In this document: piece after piece, positions 1-8,851 of the stretch
Numbering within the stretch: position 1 is the stretch's first letter
How the letters are laid out: every line of letters begins with the position of its first letter
NCBI GenBank assembly: GCA_043753995.1
Contig: JAYUVP010000279.1
Location: 1 to 46,792, forward strand
DNA length: 46,792 nucleotides
Direction: 5' to 3'
Origin: Fibrobacterota bacterium
Lineage (GTDB): Bacteria; Fibrobacterota; Fibrobacteria; UBA11236
Made by a program: the position numbers and the translations under genes
The notes under the pieces: model-generated
Told to the model about the DNA's origin: nothing
Seen by the model: the letters and a program-made list of their open reading frames with translations, nothing else
Database searches by the model: none

Positions 1-18
1 ATTCAGAGTGTTAAGCAT
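1..18 (-). CDS. 5' end of an unknown gene running off the left edge (MLNTLN...)
   Basis: On the minus strand, ATG at 18 is preceded by purine-rich GGGAGAAAGG and lies downstream of a putative promoter at 155-184; only 6 codons are visible. Confidence 0.45.
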
Positions 19-106
19 AGGGCTTACCTTTCTCCCGCAGGGGTTTCCGGCGGAGACGGAGAGACGAAACGAGCCTGTCCGAGTGTGAAATGAATGGAAA
101 ATCGTG

Positions 107-143
107 AAAAAAAGGTAGGGGGACCCGTGCAACCGGATCCCCC
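107..143 (-). terminator. Intrinsic terminator-like hairpin (possible attenuator)
   Basis: Minus strand GGGGGATCCG-gttgca-CGGGTCCCCC (10-bp stem, one G-U pair), then TACC and T7. Confidence 0.7.
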
Positions 144-154
144 AACTCTTGCCT

Positions 155-184
155 AATATACAGCACAGGACCAAACCAAGTCAA
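155..184 (-). promoter_or_regulatory. Putative sigma70-type promoter
   Basis: Minus strand TTGACT-N18-TATATT in the intergenic region downstream of murI. Confidence 0.5.
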
Positions 185-232
185 GCCAGGGTCTGCTCGA
201 CCCAGTGCATAGAAGCGGATTCCGCCCGCAAT

Positions 233-1066
233 TCAGCCTGTGAAAGAGGTGGCTATCAAGTCTACGCGCTCGGATATCACCGGACGGCCGAGAAAATTTT
301 CCGCGAGCCTATCGAAGCCTTCCGTTCGGTCGGTGGTGAGGAAAACCTCGGAATGGTTGCGCGAGAGATCGGCGGTGATTTCCGGATGTCGCCGTAAATA
401 ATCCGCCAAGCTGGGTGCGACTAGGTCGCCTTGAACCAAAATGTCTACCTCGGGCGGCAATAAGGCTCGAATGCGGGGATACAGCAAGGGATAGTGGGTG
501 CAAGCCAGCAACAGGCAAGAGACGTCCCTTGCTTGTGACAGGGTTTCCTGCCAATAGCGCTTCAGGAAATAATCCACGCCTTCACCCGAGGTTTCACCGG
601 CCTCGACCAGGGGCACCAGCAGGGGGCAGGCGATTTGCACCAGGTTCAGCTCCGGCGCCAGCTTTTGCAATTCGAGGGCATAGCTCTGCGAGCGAACCGT
701 GCCCTCGGTGGCCCACAGGGCTACCGTGCCGCGGCGAGGCCTGAGCGCCAGGGCTTCGGCGGAAGGGCGAATGATGCCTAGCACGCGGCGTTCCGGGAAG
801 TGACTTGGAAGATAGCGCTGCTGCACCGTGCGCAAGGCCTTGGCTGAGGCCGTATTGCAGGCGATGACCACGAGGCGGCAATTCTCAGCGAAAAGCTTGT
901 CCAGCCCTTCGATGGTAAAGCGCAATATGGCCTCAAAGGATCGATTGCCATAGGGCGTGCGGGCATTATCCCCCAAATAGACATAGTCGTATTCGGGCAA
1001 GAGGCCGTGAACGCTGCGGTGAACCGATAGCCCACCATATCCCGAATCAAAGATTCCAATGCGCAT
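233..1066 (-). CDS. murI: Glutamate racemase
   Basis: IGIFDSGYGG, PYG, IACNTAS and LACTHYP catalytic Cys motifs; ATG at 1066 preferred over GTG at 1078. Confidence 0.95.
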   Translation of the reverse strand: MRIGIFDSGYGGLSVHRSVHGLLPEYDYVYLGDNARTPYGNRSFEAILRFTIEGLDKLFAENCRLVVIACNTASAKALRTVQQRYLPSHFPERRVLGIIRPSAEALALRPRRGTVALWATEGTVRSQSYALELQKLAPELNLVQIACPLLVPLVEAGETSGEGVDYFLKRYWQETLSQARDVSCLLLACTHYPLLYPRIRALLPPEVDILVQGDLVAPSLADYLRRHPEITADLSRNHSEVFLTTDRTEGFDRLAENFLGRPVISERVDLIATSFTG

Positions 1067-1084
1067 TACTTTTACCACCCAGAG

Positions 1085-2299
1085 ATGGACGCGGCCAAAC
1101 TAAGAAATTCATGCATATGCGGTAATTCCGAACCGTATGCGACTTGTTGCGCGCCCTTTTCGGAAACCCGTACCGCCGAAGACGGTCAGGAAGGGCAATT
1201 TCGCGAATACCGCCGCGTTTTGCATGATCTTCACATGCATCTCTTCCCATTGCGAATGCTTTATCAGCAGTATTGGGAAAAGCTTAGCCAGGAGAATTAT
1301 CCCCATCATGCCTTGATGGAAGATGGCGACTATGGCCGCAGCGTGGTAGAGAATTTTTTTTGGGACTATTCGGTGCAATACAGCGATGCCAGGCCGATTT
1401 TACGCGCGGCGCGCGAAATCGAAAGCCGTGATTTGCGCCTGGGGCATGATTTACTGAAATGGTCCTTCACTCCTATGTGGCCTTATTTCGTGGTGGAAGC
1501 CAATGAACACGAAGCGCATTTGCGACAAGTGGGACATGGCAAGGTGCATAAAGTCTGGCATGACGGCCGCATTCCATCTCCAGGCCATGGCGTCTGGATG
1601 CGGCTATTGCCCTTTCGCGGGCAATTCTATGCAGGCATGGCGCGCTTGGCGACACCAGGGCCAGTGGATCCAGGGCATTTCGAGGCTTTGGCTCAATCGG
1701 TATGTCGCGATCTCGGCGTACGTGCCACCGTAGCCATGCGACCCGACGTGCATTGTGACGAGTGGAGGCGGCATGGTTCGCTATTTCTCGCCCAATGGCG
1801 GCAAATGAATTATGACGCCGAAGTCGGTCGTCCCGAAAGAACTTTGACGGCAGCTCCCGTGATGGAATTGTCCCTGCCGGTGCGGCGCGGATGGACCCTG
1901 GAATTGGCCGCCCATCCCAAGGTGAAAACCTTGTCGGACGGTCGCTATGAAATCCGCCATCGAAGCCTGGCTCTGGCGCATTTGGAATTACGCGAAGGCA
2001 AATTGTGGCTTTCACTTTTCGATCCTGCTTTTGCTTCGGCGGTGGCCCGCATCATGGCAAGCCTCGGCATGGACATCAGCGATTCGATCCATTCCGTGAT
2101 TGAAGGCATTCAACTTGAGCCGGAAAATGGCGCGTCCATGGATGCTTGGCTACATGCCCCGCATGCGGGCTTGGGCGGCCAAACTCCAATTCAAGCCAGC
2201 ACTCACGATTTTGGGCAACGTCGTTTGAAAACCTTGATCTCTGACATGCGTTCCAAAGGGCGAGATGTCTCCGGATTGTTGAAGCAATTAGGTCTATGA
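1085..2299 (+). CDS. SEC-C zinc-motif protein with C-terminal Xre/MbcA/ParS-like motif
   Basis: N-terminal RNSCICGNSEPYATCC (SEC-C pattern CxCG-x7-CC); C-terminal WLHAPHAGLGGQTPIQA resembles the MbcA/ParS WLxxPxxxLGGxxP motif. Confidence 0.65.
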   Translation: MDAAKLRNSCICGNSEPYATCCAPFSETRTAEDGQEGQFREYRRVLHDLHMHLFPLRMLYQQYWEKLSQENYPHHALMEDGDYGRSVVENFFWDYSVQYSDARPILRAAREIESRDLRLGHDLLKWSFTPMWPYFVVEANEHEAHLRQVGHGKVHKVWHDGRIPSPGHGVWMRLLPFRGQFYAGMARLATPGPVDPGHFEALAQSVCRDLGVRATVAMRPDVHCDEWRRHGSLFLAQWRQMNYDAEVGRPERTLTAAPVMELSLPVRRGWTLELAAHPKVKTLSDGRYEIRHRSLALAHLELREGKLWLSLFDPAFASAVARIMASLGMDISDSIHSVIEGIQLEPENGASMDAWLHAPHAGLGGQTPIQASTHDFGQRRLKTLISDMRSKGRDVSGLLKQLGL

Positions 2300-4104
2300 G
2301 GGACTTCGTCTCCATTTCGGTGGCGATGGCTTGCTTGTTTTTATCCTCGTCGCCTTCAGGCGCATCTGACTTTCTCGATACTTTGGAAAAGGTCATTCTT
2401 CAGCCCAATGGTATCCATTGGAGTGATCTCGATTTGCAGGCCGCGTCCATTGAGAATGTGCCCTATCGTCTCAGTGAAACCGAGAGCCTCTTGCAAAATC
2501 CCAAACGCACTCAGGGTTTGGCCCAAATCTGGCGAAGGCGATTGGAAGCGGGTCGACAACAGGTTTTACCTGTCGATTCTCTTTTGCCGGCTTTGCAGAC
2601 CCAGGCGCCTTTATCATGGTTCCTGCGCGAGGATTCGACTTTCTCGGTCAAGCCAGGCCAGAGTGAAATCAGCCGATCGCTTCAAGGTTTTGCCAAAGCC
2701 GTGAGTTCACAGGATTGGGCCTTTATGCGGCAATCCGCCGCCGAGCTTTTCGTGATGCGCCCCGAAGACACCCTGCTCGATGCTGTGACCATGGAAAAGC
2801 ATCGCCTCGGCGAGGCCGCGCGTTCGGAGAGGCTATTCCAATTGGCAGATCAATTGCCTGGCGGTGAATTGATTCGCGGTGCACGGGCCTTGCAAGCGCT
2901 GGAAAAAAAATTGTTGGATAGCCTTCACATTCTGGGTATCCCGAAGGGCTTGGCGGCGGCAAGGAGGCTGGTGCGCAAATCCGGTATGGCTTGGCATGAG
3001 GGTTCTTCCAGCTCCGAAAAGCATCGCGTACGTGACGGTATCTGGGTCGATGCCGGCGGAGACGATCATTGGGAAATCACGGGGCAAGGCAAGCCTGGGC
3101 AGGCCTTGCTCATCATCGATTTGAAGGGTCACGACACCTACCATAGCGCCGATTCCTTGCCTTCTTTATCGGGCTTTGGCGGTCTCATGGCCATTGCCGA
3201 CTTGGCGGGAAACGATCAATATCAAGACGCGGGGTTCGGATTCGCCTCAGGCCTATTTGGTTTTTCCTCCCTGATCGATTTCGCAGGAGACGACGTGTAC
3301 CAAGGCGGATGCGCCACTCAAGGCTTTGGCTTTTTCGGCATCGGCCTATTGCAGGATTTGGCGGGGCGCGACAGCTATAGTGCGGCCCTGTATGCCCAAT
3401 CCTCAGCTTCGACTTTGGGAGCAGGAATTCTCATCGATGGTTCAGGCAATGATGCCTATGCCATGCGGCCCGTCTATGTGGATGACTTGCGTTATCGCGA
3501 TCACTTTTTAAGCATGGGGCAGGGCTTTGCCACGGGTTTCATGCTGGGGGAGGCGGGAGGCATTGGCGTGCTTTGGGATGCCTCGGGGCATGACACCTAT
3601 ACCGCCGACATCTTTGCCCAGGGCTCGGGCTATTGGCATGCCCTGGGGCTCTTACTCGATGATGGCGGCTCAGATCGTTATGTCGCCCATCAATATGCCC
3701 AAGGCGCGGGTGTACACGAGGCCGTCGGCATGCTTGCGGATGATTCCGGCGATGATCGCTACTACAGCAAAGGCGTAAGCCAGGGTTGCGGCCATGATCG
3801 AGGCTTGGGCCTGCTTGTCGAGCTCGGCGGCGGCGACCAATATGTCGCCACCGACATGAGCCAAGGCGCGGGTAGCGCGAATGGTGTCGGCCTCCTCATT
3901 GATTTTGCAGGCGAAGACGCTTATTTGGGAATAAAGCCGAAAATGAATCTAGGTCATGCGGACATGCGCCGCGATCGCGGCAGTTTCGGATTTTTCTTGG
4001 ATGCCGCCGGGCAAGACATTTATCCCTTAGGACGAAGCAATGCTTCGGCCTGGAAGGTTTTCGGCATAGATGGGCGAGGCAATGGTTTCGGGCGAGATCG
4101 CTAA
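2296..4104 (+). CDS. Secreted Gly/Asp-rich repeat (DxxGxDxY) solenoid protein
   Basis: Signal-peptide-like N-terminus; about 12 hhDxxGxDxY repeats, many about 26 aa apart; ATGA overlap with the upstream gene. Confidence 0.75.
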   Translation: MRDFVSISVAMACLFLSSSPSGASDFLDTLEKVILQPNGIHWSDLDLQAASIENVPYRLSETESLLQNPKRTQGLAQIWRRRLEAGRQQVLPVDSLLPALQTQAPLSWFLREDSTFSVKPGQSEISRSLQGFAKAVSSQDWAFMRQSAAELFVMRPEDTLLDAVTMEKHRLGEAARSERLFQLADQLPGGELIRGARALQALEKKLLDSLHILGIPKGLAAARRLVRKSGMAWHEGSSSSEKHRVRDGIWVDAGGDDHWEITGQGKPGQALLIIDLKGHDTYHSADSLPSLSGFGGLMAIADLAGNDQYQDAGFGFASGLFGFSSLIDFAGDDVYQGGCATQGFGFFGIGLLQDLAGRDSYSAALYAQSSASTLGAGILIDGSGNDAYAMRPVYVDDLRYRDHFLSMGQGFATGFMLGEAGGIGVLWDASGHDTYTADIFAQGSGYWHALGLLLDDGGSDRYVAHQYAQGAGVHEAVGMLADDSGDDRYYSKGVSQGCGHDRGLGLLVELGGGDQYVATDMSQGAGSANGVGLLIDFAGEDAYLGIKPKMNLGHADMRRDRGSFGFFLDAAGQDIYPLGRSNASAWKVFGIDGRGNGFGRDR

Positions 4105-4153
4105 CCGAAAGCTTCGGGGCTATGGTCATTGCAAGCCAAGGTTTGCCTTGGTC

Positions 4154-5011
4154 ATGGCTTGGCTATGGGTCTGCATACTCTCGACCTTGGCTCATGCCAA
4201 GCCTGCACCCCTGATCGACTCCCTGCCTTCTTTCACCCCACTCGACTCCCTGTTCCTGACGGCGGCCACGGGTGAACCCCGTTTGCAAGTGGCACGGGAT
4301 AGTTGTGAGAAAAAACTGATTCGCTTGGATACCGTGACGGTGAATTACTTGTTGACTCATCGCCTTTTCGATCAAACTCCGAGACAAAGACGGTATGTCG
4401 AGCGCTTATTCGGTTTGCTTGCCGATTCCGGCCGTCATGCCCAACCGGCCTTGGCCTTGACACGCGCCTTGGATGGCGTGTCCGATAGCGCGAAGGCGCA
4501 ATTGCTTTATGTGGCCTCCACCATGGCCGACTCTTCGCTTCAGCCCTTGGGTTTGCGCTATATCTCGCATGAAAAGCCTGAAATCCGACGCATGGCGGCC
4601 CGGGTCCTGGGCATGGTTCCGCGAGCGGGAGCGAGCCTTCCGCTGTGGCAGGGCTTGGCGGATGCGCCGGAGACGGAAAGGCATCAAAGGCTTTGGGCCT
4701 TGGCCGCCATAGCCCCGTACCCCGGATGTGACTCCCTGCGGGCCTTTCTCGGAGATTCTTCCTTGGCCGTGCGTCAAATGGCTATTCATGCCCTGGGGCG
4801 TTGCGCCGCTGGCGATATCGCCAAGTTGCGCTTGCCCGATCCTGAAACGATTCGTGACGAAAATCCGGAAGGCAAATCCTGGTCAATTTGGCTGGCCTTG
4901 GCCGCGCAAATGAAAAATGCTCAAGGGAAAAACTATGCCGAGAAGGCATGTCGGCGCCTCCCTGAAGCCGCTAAACTTTTTCATGCTGAGACGTGTATAA
5001 TGGCCAAGTAA
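4154..5011 (+). CDS. HEAT-repeat protein, probably exported
   Basis: HEAT-like units (HEKPEIRRMAARVLG; DSSLAVRQMAIHALG); hydrophobic N-terminus ending AHA; start uncertain (ORF open from 4070). Confidence 0.7.
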   Translation: MAWLWVCILSTLAHAKPAPLIDSLPSFTPLDSLFLTAATGEPRLQVARDSCEKKLIRLDTVTVNYLLTHRLFDQTPRQRRYVERLFGLLADSGRHAQPALALTRALDGVSDSAKAQLLYVASTMADSSLQPLGLRYISHEKPEIRRMAARVLGMVPRAGASLPLWQGLADAPETERHQRLWALAAIAPYPGCDSLRAFLGDSSLAVRQMAIHALGRCAAGDIAKLRLPDPETIRDENPEGKSWSIWLALAAQMKNAQGKNYAEKACRRLPEAAKLFHAETCIMAK

Positions 5012-5032
5012 TCCCTTATTCCGGGAAGGTTT

Positions 5033-6295
5033 ATGTCCACCATGTCCTCCGCGTCCTCTACTTCGCCCTTTGAAGCCGTCAATCAAAAAGTCTTGCGCGC
5101 TGCTGAATTGATTGCCATGAAACCGGGTTATCGACAATTGCTGACCACGTGCTGGCGTGAAATCAAGGTTTCCCTGCCAGTGCTCGACGACAAAGGCGAA
5201 TTACGGGTATTTGAAGGCTATCGCGTGCAGCATAATGGCGTTCGTGGCCCTTATAAAGGCGGCATACGCTATCATCCCGAAGTCGATCTCGATGAGGTCA
5301 AGGCCTTGGCTTCGCTGATGACCTGGAAATGCGCCTTGGTCAATATTCCCTTTGGCGGTGCCAAAGGTGGCATTGCCGTCGATCCCAAATCTCTGAGTGA
5401 CCGTGAATTGCAGGCTTTGACTCGGCGCTTCACCCATAGTTTGAAAAATGTGATCGGGCCCTACCAAGACATTCCCGCTCCCGACATGGGCACATCGCCT
5501 AAGGTCATGGGCTGGATCATGGACGCCTATGGCCTCGTGCATGGCTATTCTCCCGCCGTGGTGACGGGCAAACCCCTGATGGTGGGTGGCATACCCGATC
5601 GCATTGACGCTACGGGTCTCGGCGTGGCGTTGATCACGCGCGGCATTTTAGAAGCCCATCAAGACACGCTCACGGGTAAGACCGTGGCGGTGCAGGGCTT
5701 CGGCAATGTGGGCAGCTATGCTGCCCTGCACTTGCATCGCATGGGAGCCAAGGTGGTGGCCGTCAATGACGTCACCGGTGCCCGCGTGAACCCCAAAGGA
5801 CTTGATGTCGAAGCCTTAATCGTGAATCTCGACGCGGGCCGCAATTTGTCTCAAGCCGAAAGCGGCGATTTTGTGGCGGGCAATAAGCACGATATACTCG
5901 CCACCGAATGCGATATTCTGGTGCCTGCGGCCTTGGGCCATGTCGTGCATGCTGGCAATGTGGGGGCCGTGAAGGCGCGCTTTGTTATCGAGGGTGCCAA
6001 TGCACCCCTCACACCCGAGGCCGACTCCCTGCTAGCCGCTCGCGGCGTGGTGGTGGTGCCCGACATTCTCGCCAATGCCGGCGGCGTGGTGGGCAGCTAT
6101 TTCGAATGGGCGCAAAATATCCAGGTGCATCAATGGAGCCGTCAGGAAAATCGCCTGGAATTGGATCGATTCATGTCGGCGGCTTTGGGCGAAGTCTTGT
6201 CGAAAAGCAAAACCCTGGGGGTAGGCTATCGCGACGCCGCATTCGCAGTTGGCGTGGAGCGCGTCTATCAAGCGGCTCAGGCTCGGGGGCATTGA
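5033..6295 (+). CDS. gdhA: Glu/Leu/Phe/Val (glutamate) dehydrogenase
   Basis: GYRVQHN, GPYKGGIRYHP, MTWK, PFGGAKGG, DIPAPD, QGFGNVG, EGAN, PDILANAGGV. Confidence 0.93.
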   Translation: MSTMSSASSTSPFEAVNQKVLRAAELIAMKPGYRQLLTTCWREIKVSLPVLDDKGELRVFEGYRVQHNGVRGPYKGGIRYHPEVDLDEVKALASLMTWKCALVNIPFGGAKGGIAVDPKSLSDRELQALTRRFTHSLKNVIGPYQDIPAPDMGTSPKVMGWIMDAYGLVHGYSPAVVTGKPLMVGGIPDRIDATGLGVALITRGILEAHQDTLTGKTVAVQGFGNVGSYAALHLHRMGAKVVAVNDVTGARVNPKGLDVEALIVNLDAGRNLSQAESGDFVAGNKHDILATECDILVPAALGHVVHAGNVGAVKARFVIEGANAPLTPEADSLLAARGVVVVPDILANAGGVVGSYFEWAQNIQVHQWSRQENRLELDRFMSAALGEVLSKSKTLGVGYRDAAFAVGVERVYQAAQARGH

Positions 6296-6331
6296 GCCGA
6301 CACTTCGGCTTTCGAGCCGGTAAGGCGCGCG

Positions 6332-6967
6332 TTACCTACCAGGATGCCAATCCGGCACCCAGAACAAGGTGACGGTCAAGGTCAGGAGATCGCGGTGGGG
6401 GTAACCTGGGGGATGCCCGTCCAAATAGCGACCTAGGACCACATTGGCATCCAAGCCGAAAGGCACATTGCTGAAGGGCATCCAATATTGACCAATGGCA
6501 GCGCGCAACATACCGCGATACCCAAGCCTCTTGTCATAAGGCATAAAGGTTTCCAAATCCGTCAGGGCGAAGCTGTAGGCGGGGAAGAGGCCCAATCCAA
6601 ACTCAACATATTCGGAATTGCGGAGAGCCTCGTTTTCCTCGGCCGCGAGCCAAATGCGCCGCAAATGAAGGCCTATTTCCGGCCAATGATCCATGCTTGT
6701 CCGGGCAGTGGCCGACCAGCTGCGAAATTCCAGTCCACCTTGCCAGCTGGGAGCAAAATGCCAATACGCGCCGGTTTGGGGTGTTCCAGAAAGGGCATAG
6801 CCTGCGGCTAAGAAAATACGATGCTTAAAATGCGACTCGGCTTCCAACATGGCAAAGGTGGAGTCGACGGCTTGACTAAGTGACGAAGTCGGAAAAAAGC
6901 CTAGTATGAAAAACAATGCCGAAAGCCATGGCCTCTTCGTGAAGCCTTGGCGAGGCGAAAATCTCAT
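6332..6967 (-). CDS. Hypothetical exported protein, possibly outer-membrane beta-barrel
   Basis: ATG at 6967 forms an ATGA overlap with the pyrD stop; signal-like segment; alternating aromatic/hydrophobic strands. Confidence 0.55.
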   Translation of the reverse strand: MRFSPRQGFTKRPWLSALFFILGFFPTSSLSQAVDSTFAMLEAESHFKHRIFLAAGYALSGTPQTGAYWHFAPSWQGGLEFRSWSATARTSMDHWPEIGLHLRRIWLAAEENEALRNSEYVEFGLGLFPAYSFALTDLETFMPYDKRLGYRGMLRAAIGQYWMPFSNVPFGLDANVVLGRYLDGHPPGYPHRDLLTLTVTLFWVPDWHPGR

Positions 6968-8133
6968 GCGTCTTCGTTGAGGCTGGTGATGCCGCGTGCC
7001 CGCATGGCTTCCAGCAATTCGCGTTGCATTTTCCAGGCGGCATTCCAACGGTAGGCCATCACGGTATAGACTTGCACCGCATCGGCACCCGCTTCGAGCA
7101 GGTCAAATATTTTGGCTCCGTGGTCAATGCCACCGGAAGCGAATATTGTCGCCTTAGGCAGAGCTTGGCGAATATGCCTCACCGCCGGCAAGGTGTTTTT
7201 ATAAAGCATGCGTCCGGAAAGCCCACCCTTGCGTCCGTCGGCAGTGACGGGCAAAATGGCTTCGTCGGTGGTGCGCATTTTGAGAAAGCGAGCCTTCTCT
7301 GCGGGGAAGGTATTGAACAAAACCACGCCGGTGATACCGGTGTCTGCGATAATACGCAATACATTATCCAAGGCTCGGGCATTCATGTCCGGTGAAAGCT
7401 TGACGAAGACCGCCTTGCGGGGAACCAATGCTTTGCGAATGTCCATCAGCTCTTGCAGCAAGGTGTGCAGGAAACCGGGATCCGCATCGAGACGATCGGA
7501 ACCGGTATTGGGACAGCTCAAATTGAGTTCGACATAATCTGCCGCGGCATAGGCCCGACGAAAGGTTGCCGAAGTGTCGGCGATAATCGCATCTTCAGCT
7601 GTGATTCCGGGCGTATCAGCGACGCTGATACCGACGGCCATGCCGCGACGATGGCATTTTTCGAGGTTTTGATCCACTTCGCGAGCGATGACCTCGATGC
7701 CGGGATTATTGAGGCCCATGGCGTTTTGCATGCCACGCTCATCTTCCAAGAGTCGAATACGGGGTCGAAAGTCATTCCCGGTTCGAGGCGAAAGTGTGGC
7801 GGATCCTACCGTCAATCCGCCGAAGCCAAGCGATGCATAATCGGGTAAATGCTGGCCGTATTTGTTTGCCCCAGCTGCAAGAATAATTGGCGAAGAGAGG
7901 TGAATGGGCAGGCTGCGGTCGGAAAAGCGCAAAGTCTTTTCCATGGCGCGATTGGGCTTGCGCTGCAAAGGCATCCAGGCCGCGAAAGCAGAATAGGTGT
8001 CGAGGCTTTGGTGGCGGGTTTCGGGGTTTTGGACGATGCGCTTGATTAGGGCAAGCCATTTGTCCCCGAAATCGGGCGCGTATTCGTGATGCACGACCGC
8101 GCCATTGGCTTCCACAGATGTGGTGGAATTCAT
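6964..8133 (-). CDS. pyrD: Dihydroorotate dehydrogenase
   Basis: LAAGANK, NAMGLNNPG, ELNLSCPN, VKLSPD, GGLSG, ASGGI, GADAVQVYT. Confidence 0.9.
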   Translation of the reverse strand: MNSTTSVEANGAVVHHEYAPDFGDKWLALIKRIVQNPETRHQSLDTYSAFAAWMPLQRKPNRAMEKTLRFSDRSLPIHLSSPIILAAGANKYGQHLPDYASLGFGGLTVGSATLSPRTGNDFRPRIRLLEDERGMQNAMGLNNPGIEVIAREVDQNLEKCHRRGMAVGISVADTPGITAEDAIIADTSATFRRAYAAADYVELNLSCPNTGSDRLDADPGFLHTLLQELMDIRKALVPRKAVFVKLSPDMNARALDNVLRIIADTGITGVVLFNTFPAEKARFLKMRTTDEAILPVTADGRKGGLSGRMLYKNTLPAVRHIRQALPKATIFASGGIDHGAKIFDLLEAGADAVQVYTVMAYRWNAAWKMQRELLEAMRARGITSLNEDA

Positions 8134-8230
8134 GCTTAGTTAACCCTTCATCCCAAGGTAATTGAATCGGGCCCTTCGCAAGTCCAATCCATGCGGTTTG
8201 GAGTGGGGCAATTAGTACCTTGGCCGCGCC

Positions 8231-8851
8231 ATGCCCAAGGTTCTCAAAACGTCGGAAACGCCGAATCCCCAAGCCCGTCGTTTTCATTTGCAAGAGCCCC
8301 TGCTGGCTGCGGGGTCCCGGGATTTTCCCACGGTTGAGTCGGCTCAGGCCGATCCCCTAGCGGCTCGGCTTTTTGAATTGCCCTATGTCTGCGCGGTTTT
8401 TTTCGTGGGCGCCAGCGTCACCATCACGAAGTATGAAGACGTCACATGGGAGTCACTCATCACGCCGATCGCGGATATTTTAGAAGAGGCACCGGCGCGA
8501 TTTTTCTCCTCGAATACCGATGAACAAAGGCCCGGCGAAGAACCCTTGATGGGAAATCCAAATTCACCTGCGATTGCTGAAAATGCGGGCGAAGCCGAAA
8601 GGCGCTTCGCAGCTTTATCCCGCGAAGCGCAACAAAATCACATCGAAGCCTTGCTCACCGAGCATGTGAGGCCCGGCCTGAACGCGGACGGCGGAGATTT
8701 GGATCTCGTGGATTGGAATAGCCATATGGCTGTAATTCGCTATGCGGGTGCTTGTGGCACCTGTCCCAGTTCCATGACCGGGACCTTGGCTTTTGTGGAA
8801 CAAATGCTTCAACAGCATTTGCATTCTGATTTTTCAGTACACCTAGCCTAA
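8231..8851 (+). CDS. NifU/NfuA-family Fe-S scaffold or carrier
   Basis: N-terminal ETPNP...PLAARLF (Nfu_N) and C-terminal VRPGLNADGGD...GACGTCPSS (NifU_C CxxC). Confidence 0.88.
   Translation: MPKVLKTSETPNPQARRFHLQEPLLAAGSRDFPTVESAQADPLAARLFELPYVCAVFFVGASVTITKYEDVTWESLITPIADILEEAPARFFSSNTDEQRPGEEPLMGNPNSPAIAENAGEAERRFAALSREAQQNHIEALLTEHVRPGLNADGGDLDLVDWNSHMAVIRYAGACGTCPSSMTGTLAFVEQMLQQHLHSDFSVHLA

Noticed and set aside
2130..2299. MbcTA/ParST toxin-antitoxin pair
   Set aside because: The downstream gene is a secreted repeat protein, not a RES toxin.
6295..6312. Terminator after gdhA (AGCCGA-cact-TCGGCT-TT)
   Set aside because: Short stem and weak U-tract; plausible but not supported enough to list.
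6968..7048. N-terminal extension of the 6332 ORF
   Set aside because: It lies inside pyrD; the ATGA overlap at 6964-6967 gives the natural start.
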